This document shows positions 25,261 to 38,556 of a stretch of 64,000 bases of DNA, piece after piece. This DNA is from Klebsormidium nitens (taxonomy: Eukaryota; Plantae; Klebsormidiophyceae): NCBI GenBank assembly GCA_000708835.1, contig DF237361.1, forward strand, positions 18,789 through 82,788. Direction: 5' to 3'. The notes below the pieces were generated by a model. That model was not told the DNA's origin and did no database searches. It saw only the letters and a program-made list of their open reading frames with translations. The position numbers and the translations under genes are program-made. Numbering within the stretch: position 1 is the stretch's first letter; each line of letters begins with the position of its first letter.

Positions 25261-27656
25261 CTACTCTTCGAAGATGGCAGTGGGATCCGACAGACTCATT
25301 GTGTACAGGGTAATCCCGCCATCCACAGGGATGTTCACCCCGCACATGTACTGAGAAGCCTTCTCGCTGGCCAGCAACAGCAACACGCCCATCATGTCAC
25401 GCTCAGGATCCCCGTACCTGCGTTTAGAAGCCAGGGTTTCGATTGGAGCAACCGCAGAACGTTTCCCGCAACTGACTGACATCTCACGATGAATACTTCT
25501 TGATGTACTTCACGTCCCCAAATGGTGTGATAGCTATGCAAGAAGCCATATCTGTACTTCACAGACCGCCTTTTGCCACTGCTTTTCGGCTTCACGGGTT
25601 CACTGAGAGTTCACTGTGAAGACGTGCTCTACGACAGGCCATACATTTCAACGATAACCAGCATGAAAATAAGGTTGCTAGGTGAGGAAAACGATTTATG
25701 GTGGCAAACACAAAGGCACAGTATACCAACAAACTAGGTTGAGGCAGAATCCTCACCGCTTGCACGGGATGGCCTTCTGTGCCTTCTCCTTGTTAGGGGA
25801 GTTGACCAGCTTGTCGCTCATGGGGCTGGGAAACACGCCTGGCGCAATTGAGTTGACGTTGATCCCCTTGGGGGCCAGCTCAACGGCCATGGCCCTGCAA
25901 AACAACATGGGCCAGTAGCACACATGATGCGAGTTCCTGAAACTTCCCTTCGTTCTTGACAAACAATGCTAAAGAGCGCGGAGGCTCTCTATATGCGCTC
26001 CGAAACTGATTGGCATGCTTCCCATGCGCACGAAGATGACCATACCTTGGAGACTGGAACATCAACTACGATTGGTCACCACCTGTCCACCTGAGAAGCT
26101 AATCCAACACTAGAAAGCGGCTTCTACCTTTGATAGTGAGATTGCTCAAAGCAATGCTTGGCAGGGGGGTCTGCGCTTCAGTTAATGAGAGTTGCTTGAA
26201 TGTACTGTTGCCACATAACTTGAGAATTGCTTGAATGTACTGTTGCCACATAACTTGGCTTTCAAGCCAGTCTTGCAGGGGGGTCATACCTTGTAAGCTG
26301 AATCACCGCAGCCTTAGACGCAGAGTAGATAGCCTGGCCCTTCTGGACCAGCTCCCCCCCAGCAATCGAGCTGGTGTTGATGATGCGTCCCTTAATGCCA
26401 TTGTCCACCATGAGCTTAGCGACGGCCTGTGCTGTGAAGTACAGCCCGCGCACGTTGGTGCTGAAGACCTTGTCGAAGTCGTCCTGGCTGTCCTTCAAAA
26501 GGCCAGCCCCAGTTGCAAAGCCAGCATTGTTCAACTGCACACAAATTGTTTTGAGACACACGTTCACAACAGGTGGAAACAGGGCAAAGCTGCTAGACGA
26601 GCAGCAGGAGCAGCAATTCTTCCTAACGCCCCTCATAAAAAGCTCATTGGCAGTGGCCTTGGATTTTGAACTTTGAACATTGGAGGGACTTGATCGAATG
26701 CATGTCCAATGATGTCTTGGAAACATTCATTCAATGGTCGAAAGCAATGCTGAGAACTTGATAGAGAGACTGCACACTCACCAAAATATCCAGGTGACCA
26801 TAGATGTTCCAAGCATCCTGAACTCCCTTTGCAACCTCTTCCTGGGGTCCGGAGACGTCCAACTGGATGGACTCTGCCTTTCCACCAAACTGCGTGATCT
26901 CCTGCAAAGGGATCAATGGAACGACAGGTGTTATGCAATATCCAACATCTTTTTAGATGATTTTTGCGGCTCAATTGGTGCATCTCCAGCACTTAGTATT
27001 CTTTGAGTAGCTGACTCCATTTTACCAACTCTTGATGGCCTCCGATTCTATCGTAACAATTTGTGTGTTCCTTATCCACGAGCTACGACGGTGCTAGCAA
27101 TGCTTGCTCGAAATAAACTCTTGGGCTACTATCACGTTGAACAGGTTTACCAGTATGAAGTTGAATAGTAAACCAATTGCAAAAGCAGATATGAAGGCCC
27201 CAGATCAAAAACCAGCTGTTTAGTACATGCTCATTAGTTCCTTACAAGGTTGTGGCAGGCTGATTCTGCATGGTTGATTTGACAAAACGTTTTAATGCAT
27301 AAATTGTCCAACATCCAGTAGATCCCATGATTAGACTGCTTCTGCTATTGAATGTGCTTGCATGTTTCATTTAAGAGCACTCCGCATTCAAGTACCACAT
27401 ACTGCTGGTGGGCTGGGCACAGCTAGGCTTGGAGAAAACGAGTTGCTGGATTGAAACAGATTCAAATGCTGACAGCACTTTGACTTACGTCCACCAGATC
27501 CTGCAGCTTTTCTTCACGCCGAGCTGCCAGAACCACCTTGGCGCCCTGGGTTGCCAGGAACACAGCAAAGCGCGACCCAATTCCAGAGGACGCGCCCGTC
27601 ACCAAGCACACCTGGTCCTTGATGGACATGAGATCGCTATAGTCTGGGGGAGCCAT
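25261..27656 (-). CDS. Classical short-chain dehydrogenase/reductase (FabG-like SDR), 5 exons
   Basis: TGASSGIG Rossmann motif, LNNAG, catalytic S (NTSS) and YSASK, INVNSIAPG, and C-terminal VDGG. ATG at 27656, TAG at 25261-25263. Confidence 0.92.
26186..26255. repeat. 35-bp tandem duplication (1 mismatch) in an SDR intron
   Basis: TGAGAGTTGCTTGAATGTACTGTTGCCACATAACT followed directly by TGAGAATTGCTTGAATGTACTGTTGCCACATAACT. Confidence 0.95.
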
Positions 27657-28550
27657 TGTGAATGACACTAATCAGCACAGCTACGTAGGAAGGTGGGTTG
27701 AATCGCCGGCCTTTTTGTAAGCAGCAAGCTGAAAGCTTCGAAGAAGCAAACCTGATTAACCTCGTTTTCAAAGTGCTGAAAAGAACGCAGATGGAAATCT
27801 TGCAATTTCGTGTTTGTGGTCGAGACTGCAGGTCTTCCTCTCGAGCTGGCAGTCCGATCCCAGCCCTCTCTCCTGCTACAACACCCACATTGCAGCTGGT
27901 TGCGGACCTGGTTTCCATCTGCATGAGCCGCAGAGCGGTATGCATGTGAGGCTGCTTCTGGAACCGCTGCTTCTGTGGCTGCCTGCCCGTGTCGTCCTCC
28001 ATGGTTCCAACGTGGCGCTCTGATTCCGCCCTGATTCCCTTGCTGGACTGCAGCTCGCTATCCAGCTGGACTAGCCTCTTGCCAATGATCACTGATCCTT
28101 GAGCCGCAGCCAGCCGCAGCTACTACCGTAGCAACTTTTCCGGGCAGCATGCACAAACTCTCCATTTAAATTTAAACTGTGTTCAAAGGACCTAGGAGAC
28201 GGCAAGGCGCGACGATATCTCACTGGAGAACCGGCAGTGCGCAAGCGAACACGCCGGAGACCAGATGTGCTTGCGCGCATGTACCTAGTACCTATACAGT
28301 AGTCCCCTCTGTTTGTGAAACATCGCGCGTCTGACCATTGTCGCGCAGATGCATCGATGTTGCAGGCTGCCGGTTTTAAAATGTGAGTCTGTGGTAACAA
28401 AATGAATTTGGAAGGAGGCGTGAAAGGACGCTATATATTATACCAAGCCCAAGCCAAGACCAAGCCCCCCTGGCATTGGGAGCCATATGGCATTTTGAAG
28501 CAGCTTGTCCTCCCTACATAAACGCGAGTTGCTCAAATAGGCGGCCCAAA

Positions 28551-31500
28551 ATGGACGCAGATATTGACCCCAGTTCCTTTGACCTTGTGGTGGTCGGCAC
28601 GGGGCTCCCGGAGTCCATCATTGCAGGCGCTGCAGCGCAGGCGGGCAAGACCGTCCTCCACCTGGACCCAGCCGACAATTATGGTTCACACTGGGCCACC
28701 CTGCAACTGGACACGTTTGTGGAGTGGGCCAAGAGAGGCGGAGCAACGGCCCCTTTGAAATATGGGTCTGATGGGCCAGATTCTGGTAAGTTTCTAAAAG
28801 CTTCAGCCCTGGCATCAATCGATTTCATTCTCAACTGTAACGACGTTGTCCGCTTTGTCATATTCTTCATAGTTGCTTATTGAAATACTAGCAGCTGTGT
28901 GCACAACCTTGGTGCTAATCGGTGTCTACACCATCCTTCTGACACAACGTACACCGAGTTTCTCTAGGCGCAACCCTTGAACCCTTGGTTGCCAACCTTG
29001 ACTTTGCAGGAACGAATCCAACCCAAGCTCCCACAGCATCCGCCTGCCCTACAATGGAATCAGAACTAGAAGTTGTCCCTCTCGCTGCGTCTGCCCCAAT
29101 CTTCAGCGACTTCGCTTTACAAGTGGGAGATGCAGCAACGCACTTGGCCAATTGCGTGCTGCCCCCTGGCGTTGAAGCTCCCAAAAAGTATGGGGTGGAC
29201 CTCGCTGGGCCGCGGCTTGCTCTGGCGAGTGGGGCGGTCATTGACCTCTTGATCCAGTGTGGGGCGCACAACTACCTAGAGTTCAAGGTCAGCTGTCTCA
29301 CTGATCCTTCAACTTGAACAGCCCAGTCATCGTTTCACCCGGACAGCACGGGTAGTAAGCAAGATTGGGTACCTTGAAGTCCTCTCCTGGGAATCTTACA
29401 AGATTCTTATCATTGAGCTTGGATCTTTGTTTGACTCCAAGTATGGGTTCAACATGCGATTTGTGCTGTATACTAAGGACGTCGCTCGTAGCTCAAGCCT
29501 AAGTATCGGAGGCCGCTGCTCTGCTGCAGGCTGTGGAAGGCAGCTTCACCTGGCGCAACGGCCAGCTAGAGCCCGTCCCTTCTTCTCGTGCGGACGTGTT
29601 CAAGAGCCGCTCGCTGAGCCTGGTTGAGAAGCGGCACCTCACCAAGTTCTTCAAACTAGTGACTGAGAGCAACATCGAGAGGGATCCCTCTGACGGCGGG
29701 GATAGTGTGTCTGAAGAGGACCTGGACATGGCTTTTGGGGCCCTCCTGACCAAGCACAACCTGCCGCCGTCTATCAGACAGTACGTTTGCGCTCCTGCAA
29801 ATAATGAACGATTTGAATAATTTTGAATGATATCAGCGACCGCGGGTTTCAAGTAGTGCGTGCGCTTGAACAAACAGAGCTTTAGGACCTGCACTGTTCT
29901 GTCATCTGAGCACCCTCCTTTGGACATTTCGTTGGCACATCCGATGATTGTACATTACTGTTGGTGCTCTTCTGTGAGTATCAGAACATGTCTGTATCTT
30001 GTCTTCTTCCAGTCACTCTGCCGCCTCCATCTATGTGTTTCACGTTGTCGCAGGTCCCTGCTGTACTCTGTTGCCTTGCTCACCCACGACCAGGACAGTG
30101 GCCCCGCTGTTACTGCCCGGGAGGGCCTGCGTGCCATCACAGCCTACCTGCACTCCGTTGGAAGGCAAGCGTCTCTTGCTGGTCGCTCAACCAGTTCCTA
30201 GCCCTTGGTTCGAAATACCACCTGACAATCTATGCGGCCATGCATTTCTTTGCGTTTTCTGGGAGTCACCGTCCTCACCAAAGCATTTGGGTCCGTCCTC
30301 TTCGTCAAGCCAAATGGACTCAAGCTTGCTCGTCTTGTTTCTCTTTCACGATTCGAGCACTCCTCTTTCCAGGCTGACGAGTTGTCTTCGTCTGCCCACA
30401 GGTTCGGTCCTGGCGTTGGCGCCTTCCTGTATCCCCTGTACGGAAGCGGAGAGCTGCCCCAGGCCTTTTGCCGCATTGCTGCCGTCAAGGGCGCCCTCTA
30501 CGTGCTGCGGCGGGGCGTGCGCGCCCTTCTGCTCGACAAGGCCTCGCGCCGCCTCCGAGGCGTTGTCACGACCACCGGGCAATCGCTCCGCACGTCCAAA
30601 CTCGTCTCAGGGCCTGGGCTTCTCGAATCGCTCCCAAAAGCAGAGACGCAAGCTGAGTCTCTCGGGACCATTCCCTTGGAACTATATAACGGTACGACGA
30701 CGCCCTCAGAAGAGCGCTTCATCGCCCGCTTCGTTTGTATAACGGATACGCCCCTGACGCCCGGCCAGTCAAACATCCTCGTCACCTTTCCGTCCGGGTC
30801 GCTGTCCATGGCGCTGCCGGCGCATCCCGTGCGCGTTTTCCAGGCTGGGGAGAGTGCAGCCGTCGCTCCAGCGGGGCGCTTTTTGGTACAAGTTTCGACA
30901 ATTGGATCGGAGGGCCGCTCTGCTAGGGAGGACTTGCAACCCGTGGCCGAGGCCCTGTTCGAGACGAGAGGAGACGCGGACGAGGAAAGCGGACAGGGGG
31001 AAGAGGCCAGTAACAGGGCCTTGGAAGCAACTGATGAACAGGGAGCTTCGCGGGGGACCCGTGAGGCCGGAGGCGTTGGGGAACGGATTGAGCAAACGGG
31101 TAGCGATACGGCGGGGAATGGGGGAAGGCCTGCGGAGGAGAACGGGTCCTTCTCTTCAGGCTTAGGAGCAGCTTCTCCGGAGCCCAATTCTGGACCGACC
31201 CCTTCCCCCTTCAACGCGGATGTGCCGGGAAGCGGGGTCGCAGCCGAAGCGGGCATTTCCGGAACGGATGGGCAGCAAGTCCGGACGGTAGACGGTGCAA
31301 ATTCGGACGGTGCTGCTGCTCAAACGTCCGAATTTCGGAAGCCCAGGCTGCTCTGGTGTGTGTACTTCAAGCAGAGAGTTGCGGCGGGGCAAGAGGTGAG
31401 GGGCGCGACGGAGTGCTTCATAACTGTCTCGTCTCTGGTTGAGACATTTGGATGCATTTGTTCTTCAGAAGATTGCCTGGACCTCGTCGAGAATCTTTTG

Positions 31501-32292
31501 AGGGCAGGCCTTCGCAATCTAGAGCGTTGTTAGGTAGGAGAATAGACAGACATACACACTATCCGTTATCAATCCACGAGAACCTGAACTGGCGTTTCGG
31601 AATGTCAGAGGATCGGAAGTGGCACCTCTTCTTTCAAACTGTACAGTATGGGACCAAGGACAGACTTTGCGTTTAAGAGTCCCACAGTCCGGGCTTTTCC
31701 ACGACGTCGTGAAAGATGGCGAGCAGTTTCCCTGTCAGCATCCATGCTTGAAAAGGACAGGTCTTCTCTTCTTACGCAGCTAGCGGAAGGGGACATCTAC
31801 GTATGCGGCTCACCTGACGAAAGCCTCACGTATGGACACGTGGCGGAGGAGGCGGAAACGGTGAGCGCCAAACGAAGCGGAAGGAGTCTCTGCTACGCTG
31901 CCAGACGACCTTGAGTGCGCAACGTTCTTCTCTACTCATCAAGTCAAAGGCGGCCGGCTTGAAAGGAACGTGGCAATAATGAAACTCAACCTCCAAATAA
32001 GATTCTTCCAAGGACCCCTGGTCAAACGTGCTCGTCAGCCCCGGTTTTGCTACGAGAGCAGCGCCTCTTTCGACTTGGAGCTGCGCTTGTACTTAGTATG
32101 GCAAATTCCAATCTTCATCTGGAACCGCTGTCCTTACACGCTTTTCAGGAGTATCTGCGGCGTCTTCTTTTGGCTGATGGGTGTTCCTCCTTCCCCCAGG
32201 CTTTTAAGCGGCTGTTCCCAGACCTACCGTACTACCCTCCTCAAGCTCCGGAGCCGGAAGAAGCGCCCGACGAAGACGAGGCCGCGGAGTGA
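28551..32292 (+). CDS. REP: Rab escort protein (Rab geranylgeranyltransferase component A; GDI/REP family). Exons: 28551-28785, 29010-29287, 29530-29780, 30054-30164, 30402-31395, 31780-31860, 32200-32292
   Basis: FDLVVVGTGLPESIIAGAAAQAGKTVLHLDPADNYGSHW, YLEFK, VPSSRADVFKS, FLYPLYGSGELPQAFCRIAAVKGALYVLR and KPRLLW. Ends in FKRLFPDLPYYPPQAPEPEE. Intron 4 needs a GC donor. Confidence 0.92.
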
Positions 32293-32358
32293 CGGAGCTG
32301 GAGGCACGGCTCTGGCCTGCCACATGACTAGTGCATCTTGCATAACGGGCAGGATGTG

Positions 32359-32400
32359 GAATAAGCACGCATTCTCACTTGAATAAGCACGCATTCTCAC
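32359..32400. repeat. 22-bp-period tandem duplication downstream of the REP stop codon
   Basis: GAATAAGCACGCATTCTCACTT followed by GAATAAGCACGCATTCTCAC. Confidence 0.93.
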
Positions 32401-33143
32401 GCAGCTTCGTCTCTCCTTTGAGGAAGACATCCGGTGAGGAGTTTGAGCGCAAAAAAGGGGTCGGTGATGTATGCGTACCGCACATGTTGCAAGCAACCGT
32501 GCATTTAAGGCGAAGACTCATGACAGCGGAGTGATGCATGTCGGAAATATAGTTGAGGATATGCAAAGCACCCCAAACGCCGTGTATGGCAATTAAGATT
32601 GCTACATTAGTGGCTCTGGCAGTCTGGTCTATATTCTGATGTACTTAGTACTCAACCACCTTGAAATCATTTACCCCAATTTCAATTGGTGTCTGGATCC
32701 TGCACACGTGCCAGGCGGGCCATGCGCGCTGCATCCTTAAGGAACCGTCCCTTCCCTCCCTCCTTGATACCTGCCACGCTAGCGCGAGCACGCGTGCGCA
32801 TGTAATGATTGTCGTGCACTGGACAATCATTACGGGCATGAGCCCCAATGTGCCACGCTGCCGGCTGGCCAGGCATGCATGTCCGTCAATTCCAATCTAG
32901 TTCAGTGACGTCCGCCCGTGGGTATAGGTGGGCCATACTAGGCCTCAATACAAATCCTGTCATGGTCCGACTGTGGTGAACAGAGCTGCTTATCGATATC
33001 AATAACGGTTTCGATCACGTCTGGCATGACATCCTGACTTTAAGCGTCAGGGGTTCACATGCAGTACTGCTCACTTTTCTGTGGTGATCATCGCTATCCT
33101 GTAGCGGGCACGGTAAGATGCATGAGGTGCAATGGCAACCTCG

Positions 33144-36100
33144 TTATGACGATGTTCGCGAGAATACACCATACAAAGGGTTCGACTGTGTTGCGACCTG
33201 CTTCTCTTTCAAGCCTTTCCTTTTCTCCTTTCTCTGCCCCGACGTTGCATCCGGTTGCAACTGCGTTTCATCTTGCTCCTTTCTCGTGGTTCCGCTCTCT
33301 TCCTCTGATTGCACCTCGGGTCTCAATCGCGTTCTAACTTCCTCCACTCCCGTGGTCTCGCGGTCCTTCTTTCTTCCCACCATCAAGTTCACCTCGCTTT
33401 TCAACTGCAATCCATCATTTGTGCCCCCGCTTGTGTCCCTTCTCCACACACGCCTCGTGTCAGGTGTCGACCGCTTGTCAACCTGCTCCCCTCCACCAGT
33501 TTCGCTCGGGTCGTCCCGCGACGCCCACTTTCCCTTCACTCGCCGCGCCGACCGGGGATCCACGCCCGCCTGCTCCCTCCTCAGCAGCGGCTTCGCCGGG
33601 TCCAGGCCCAGCCACGTGGCAGCCTGCGTGAAGGTGGGCGCCGTGATCCCGGACTGGCACACCTCCGCAAACGTGCCGTACGTCTCCACTTTGGCGACCA
33701 CCTCCCGCCCCGGTTCCAACTCCAGCGTCGCTCGCCCGCCGCAGCCCAGCTGACCCTGCAATCTCAGGGCCGCCTCCCAGTACGCATCCGCCAATTCAAC
33801 GCTCGGAAATTGCACGAGCGCCGCGCGCGCGTCGAGGCGGCCGATCTTGTGGCCCGCCTGCCCCTGCTCCGCCGCGATCGCGTCGCGGATCTGCTCGTCC
33901 GAGAGCGTGTCCGGAAACGCCCACAGGAGCAGGACGTCCGGGCGGTGCTGGGCCCACTTGCCGCGGTGCATGGCGTCGTGCTCGGCGCGGCACGCGCGCA
34001 CGTGGCCGTTCCGCAGCAGGCTGAAGGACGCGCGCGTGTTGTGGATCATACCAGCGTACAGCAAGTTGGCGGTCCTGGGGGAAGACGCGGGATGATGATT
34101 GGGCCAGGACTTGTGAGCTGCAGGATTAGTAAGCTAACCACCCCAGAATCTGTGGGGTTGGTTTGAGGGTTTCAGGTGGGTCCGGTTGTGAGGCAGATTC
34201 ATCTTGGAAATGGGCTTTAGCGTTTGCTAGCAGCCTTCAATACTGAGGCTCACTGTTGCTAGGATCCGGCCTTCTTACAGGCGGCAGCGAGATGGGCTGG
34301 AATGAACAATAACAAAAGCGATGCAGGCGCAAGGATGACCGGCCCCGGAAGACAACGTCGGAAGTCACTGCCAAACCAGATACAAAAACGTACAACGATT
34401 GCGAAGCCGGCTTGAGAGTAAGGCAATGCTGCAGCTTCGAGCAGCCCGCCGATGATCCCTTTCTGCGGCGAGGATGGTGATGATGATGATGGAAAAAACA
34501 AAAGAAAAAAAAGGAAAGAGAAAAAAAGATGGTCTGAGCCTCGGGCCCGGTGGGCTCACGCGGCAAGCTGCTTCAGCGGCTCCGTCGCGTCCCGTCCTTT
34601 CCCGGATCTTCCGGAGCCGTCCTCCGCGTTCTGTCGCGGCGCCCACATACTGTGCCGCCCTTGGGTCAGTTCGGGCAGGCGGCGCAGCTCGCCGGGCTCG
34701 ACGCCCCGCCGCTTGGCCAGCCGCGCAAACAGCAGGCCCGCGGCGAACGCGTCCAAACCGCCGTCGTGCTTCGCGGTGCCCGAACGCATAGCCGGGGACG
34801 GCAGGTCGGGCAGGCTGAACAAGGGGACGTCACGTAACGTCAGCGAGAAATGAACAGCTTGCAAGGATTGGGGAAGGAGTCGAGCTCACTTGACGACTGC
34901 AGAATGTGTGATCGCATCAGTATCAGATGTTAGGAAAGCCCTGCTTGCCAGCTGTACTGGCGGTATCAACCGTGAACGACAGAAGTCCAAGCGGCCATCC
35001 TGGAAAGAACAACTGCTCGTGACACGATATCGTTCGCGTCAGAAGAAAAGCGCAGTACGTGATCAGGTTCAGGCGCAGACGAAGCAGCTCACTTTTCAAA
35101 GCCTTTCGCTTTCTTGACCGGTACGTCGTAGTCGTTGGTCCGCTTGAACAGGTGGTACAGGCTGGTGAACTTGCCCCAGCCGTCGGCCATGCCGTCGCTG
35201 AACACCATGTGCTTGGTGTCGAAGAGGGCCGGGAACCGGGAGCGCACTTCCGCGGAGAACTCTGGCGGGGTGGGCGGCACGCCGGGACCGAACTTATCCA
35301 AAATGTGCATCAGATCTGCGCGGGAATTGGAAGCAGAGGTCACCCCGAGCAACGCCGCCCGATGGTGGTTTGGCTAGCGCTCTTCGGTACGGCAATCTGA
35401 AAGCATTTGTATCATGCGCTTGTCGAAGCTTCTGAGTGCGAAGCGAAGCGTCTGTTTTCTGGAACCGCACCGACTAAGACTTTCCTCTACCTCTCACGCA
35501 GTGCTTTGTCGCCAGGCCGCTGAAGGACACCCCACAGACTCGCAGCGATCGACGAGGGCACACTGATGCTGAACAAGAAGCGCCTTCACACTTTCACTGC
35601 GACTGCGTTTACCCCCTTACCGTTTCACCCTTTCCTCTAGCTCTCCTGCGCTTCTTGGTCACCAGGCGGCTTACGCAAGCCCGCAGGTTCACAGCAATAG
35701 CTCAAGACACACTGGTGTTGCTCTCTCAAATCATTGCAAGTGCGCGCCTCGCCTCACCAAGCATGCAGTTATGGCCCACAAGGAAGGCGGGCCCCCCTGC
35801 CAGCTCCTCGACGACCCGCTTGAACCCGGCGTTTTTGTCTATGTACGCCTGGGTCTGCGCCTCGATCTCTGTTCGCAGCCGCGCTTCCTGTGCGGTTTTC
35901 TCTTCTTCGCTCTCCGCGTATACAATCTCCAGCGTGCATCTCAACTTGGCTTCCGTGCCGGCCCCCATCTCGTAGGTGTGCGCGGCGGCATCGTTCAAAG
36001 TGACCGGCACTACCATCGGGAAGAGACGGCGCAGGGCCTGGGTGGGGCAGAAGCATCCAAGAAGTCAGTTTGCGGGCTTTGTGCCTTAGTTAGCATGAGG

Positions 36101-37918
36101 ACGGGGAGGCTTTTCTGCAATTGCCTTTCTAATAGCTTTGAGCAGGTGGAAGATTGAGAGCTCGCCTTGATTGCCGTCTCACGGATAATGTGCCAGTGAC
36201 TATAGATTGAAGAATTGGCCGCAGTAAAGTTACTGAAAAAAAGCAAACGAGAGCCAGACTCAAACTCCACATTTCGGGGTATCAAGCTACCATGCCGTGA
36301 GCAGCATCGAAGTATCACAGCTGCGCGCCGAAAGCAGGCTCTTCCTCACCTCAACAATCACTCGCCTTTGCAGCAGGGTCAAGGAGGGTAACCGAAGTCT
36401 CGATGAAGGCGCCTCTTCATGCGTTGAAGCAGCAAGGATCGCGCCATGCCATTCTGAGATCTGATGAACCATCTTTTCGATGGAGATGGTGTCCTCGGGG
36501 GACAGATCACCGTACTCGTGGTCCCGGAAAGAGGCCGCCTCCCGCAGCTTCCGATCCAGGTGCAGCTCCTTAAAGGAGCGCTCCCCATCGTCGGACAGAT
36601 ACGGAATGCCTGCGCAAGGCAACAATCAGGCTTAAGCATGAGATGATGCAAACTAACAGTGACGAACCTACTTCATTTTCAAGCACATCAGAATTTGGAA
36701 TGAAGGTGATAATGCAAAGCCACTAGTGGGGGTTCCATTAATGGAGTTGCAAAGATGAGCTATTCAAAACTTTTGCTGCACCTCGACCCCGCACATTGAG
36801 ATGGCCTAAGAAAAATCTGAAGGCCTGGGAAAAGCAGAAAGAGCACAACATTGCGCCTCACCATTGTTCAACGATTCTGTCATCTCGATCCTGTTGAGCA
36901 ACAGGAACTTCAAGGAGGCCGCCTCGCAGTAGAACGAGGGGGTGTTCTTGACAGGGGGGCTGATCAGGAAGTTGAATGGAGACACCTCAAAGCGGCCCTT
37001 GCCTGGCTCCCACCGGAAGGGACACAGGCCAACTTGCAACACCACAAAGTTGGCGGCGCTCTGCTTCCTCTTGGCGTAGATCGTGTCCTTGTTGTCAAAC
37101 TCGCCCATCTGCTGCCACGGCGCGGCGTTGATACCCGTGTATTCAAGGTCAAAGGCGACAAAGTCCGCTTCTCGGATTGCCTGAAAGACTCTCGGCAAGC
37201 TGTCCTGGAACGTGTGGCCCCGTATGCGCGTGTAATCAAGTAGCCCTCTAGGTTTCGATCTCGCCCCACCCGGCGACTGCCTCTTCTGCTTCGGAGCCGC
37301 CAGTCCCAAACCTGCTGCTCCGGTGTCTGCACCACCACTGGTCCCTGAGCTTTGCATGCTGCCAGTCTCAGGCGGCGTGTCAGAGGCCTTTTCGGCGTCC
37401 TGGCTGACTCCATCGCTTGTGACCGCTTCTGGAAAGTTGTCTTGAGCGATGGATGTGGTGGTGCTGGGCTCGACCGGTGCTACATCGTTGCTGCTGATGC
37501 TGCTACATGACCTGACCGGAGCCCATGGCGGTTCTCTCAAGAAAAGGTGACTCTTCCCAACCCAGGGCGCAGCAACGCAGGCTCGTAAGGAGCTCGGGGC
37601 CACAGATTTCTGAGGCGTCAGCGATTTCTCTTTGTGTGGGACTGCAGGCACAGCTAAGTGGTGGTAGTGTCGTCCATGTGACCTCCCTGCGCGAAATGCA
37701 GCTTTCAAAGAGGCCGCGTCCACAACAGCTTGGTGGGCAAATGAAAGTGCGCCTAAAGGCACTTGCTGCACCCGACCATCAGAAGCCCTTTTGAGGTTGG
37801 TTGCCACCGACTGGATGCGGTTCTTGTTTCGTCCAATGGGTGCGAATGTTTGGAAAGCTCTCCGGTTGAGAAGAAGGTTCAAGGTCGCTGATGCGCGAAC
37901 AGCACTATACGAAAGCAT
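33144..37918 (-). CDS. PARN: Poly(A)-specific ribonuclease PARN (DEDDh/CAF1 family) with long N-terminal targeting-like extension. Exons: 37918-36862, 36609-36350, 36037-35758, 35315-35093, 34814-34647, 34074-33144
   Basis: ExoI FDLEYTG, VLQVGLCPF, FNF..., an R3H-like segment (LPSLTLLQRRVI), ExoII VGHNCMLD, FDTKHM and ExoIII HDGGLDAF. RRM-like C-terminal region (VLLLWAFP...AALVQF). Confidence 0.88.
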
Positions 37919-38556
37919 GCCTCCCGGGGCGCAAAATCAGAACGCTAGCATCCCCTCTTCTGGTGGCCGCAGTTACCTGACAATTCAGGGACTCACCTAC
38001 CGTGCTAGCCCATCTGACACTTTAAGTTTAACTGAGGACAGCTCCAATCCTAAGCTAGGCGCAGGAGGCGAGGAACCTCGGTGGCAAAATGTGGAACTAG
38101 ATTCAGAGCCCAATGGCTCTGGTTCATACTCCGGGTTTCTCGGCGACAACTGTAGCCAGTAGGACGTAGGCACCCGTCAAATTCACCAGGTGTCGGGGAT
38201 CCCCCAGGCTCAGAATGGGAGAGTCAGGACTCAGAAGCTAGAAGCTCTCGAGTCTTCACCCCTTCTTCACAAGGAGGATTCAGGGCAAACTCAGCGGCTA
38301 AAAGATGGAGGAAGATTGAGAAGGAAGAAGGACGGTCTAGGTTTCTTCTGCTAGGTGCTCTCCTGTACTAGAAGCTGGGATCAGCTCTTGAGTAGTAGCT
38401 TAATTGGCCAAATTGGGGAGGATCCACTAGCTGCGCTTTGTGGCATTGACGTGGCGCCAACATCGTCAACGCCAATCTCTTTCCTTAATCAACTGGATCT
38501 GGCTCGCAGTTTGTCATGAAGCGCAATCGCGGCAGGTGGATCAGAGGCCAGTGAAA

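Noticed and set aside
27637-28400. ORFs of 151 aa and 103 aa upstream of the SDR
   Set aside because: They start at non-ATG codons, have no motif or codon bias, and lie in the probable 5' UTR or promoter of a divergent pair.
32776-32833. Hairpin plus CTAG as a Helitron 3' end
   Set aside because: The spacing (about 19 nt) is long, the base after CTAG is C rather than T, and no matching 5' TC end could be identified.
33048-33060. CAGGGG as a second hAT terminus
   Set aside because: No partner inverted terminus or 8-bp duplication was found nearby.
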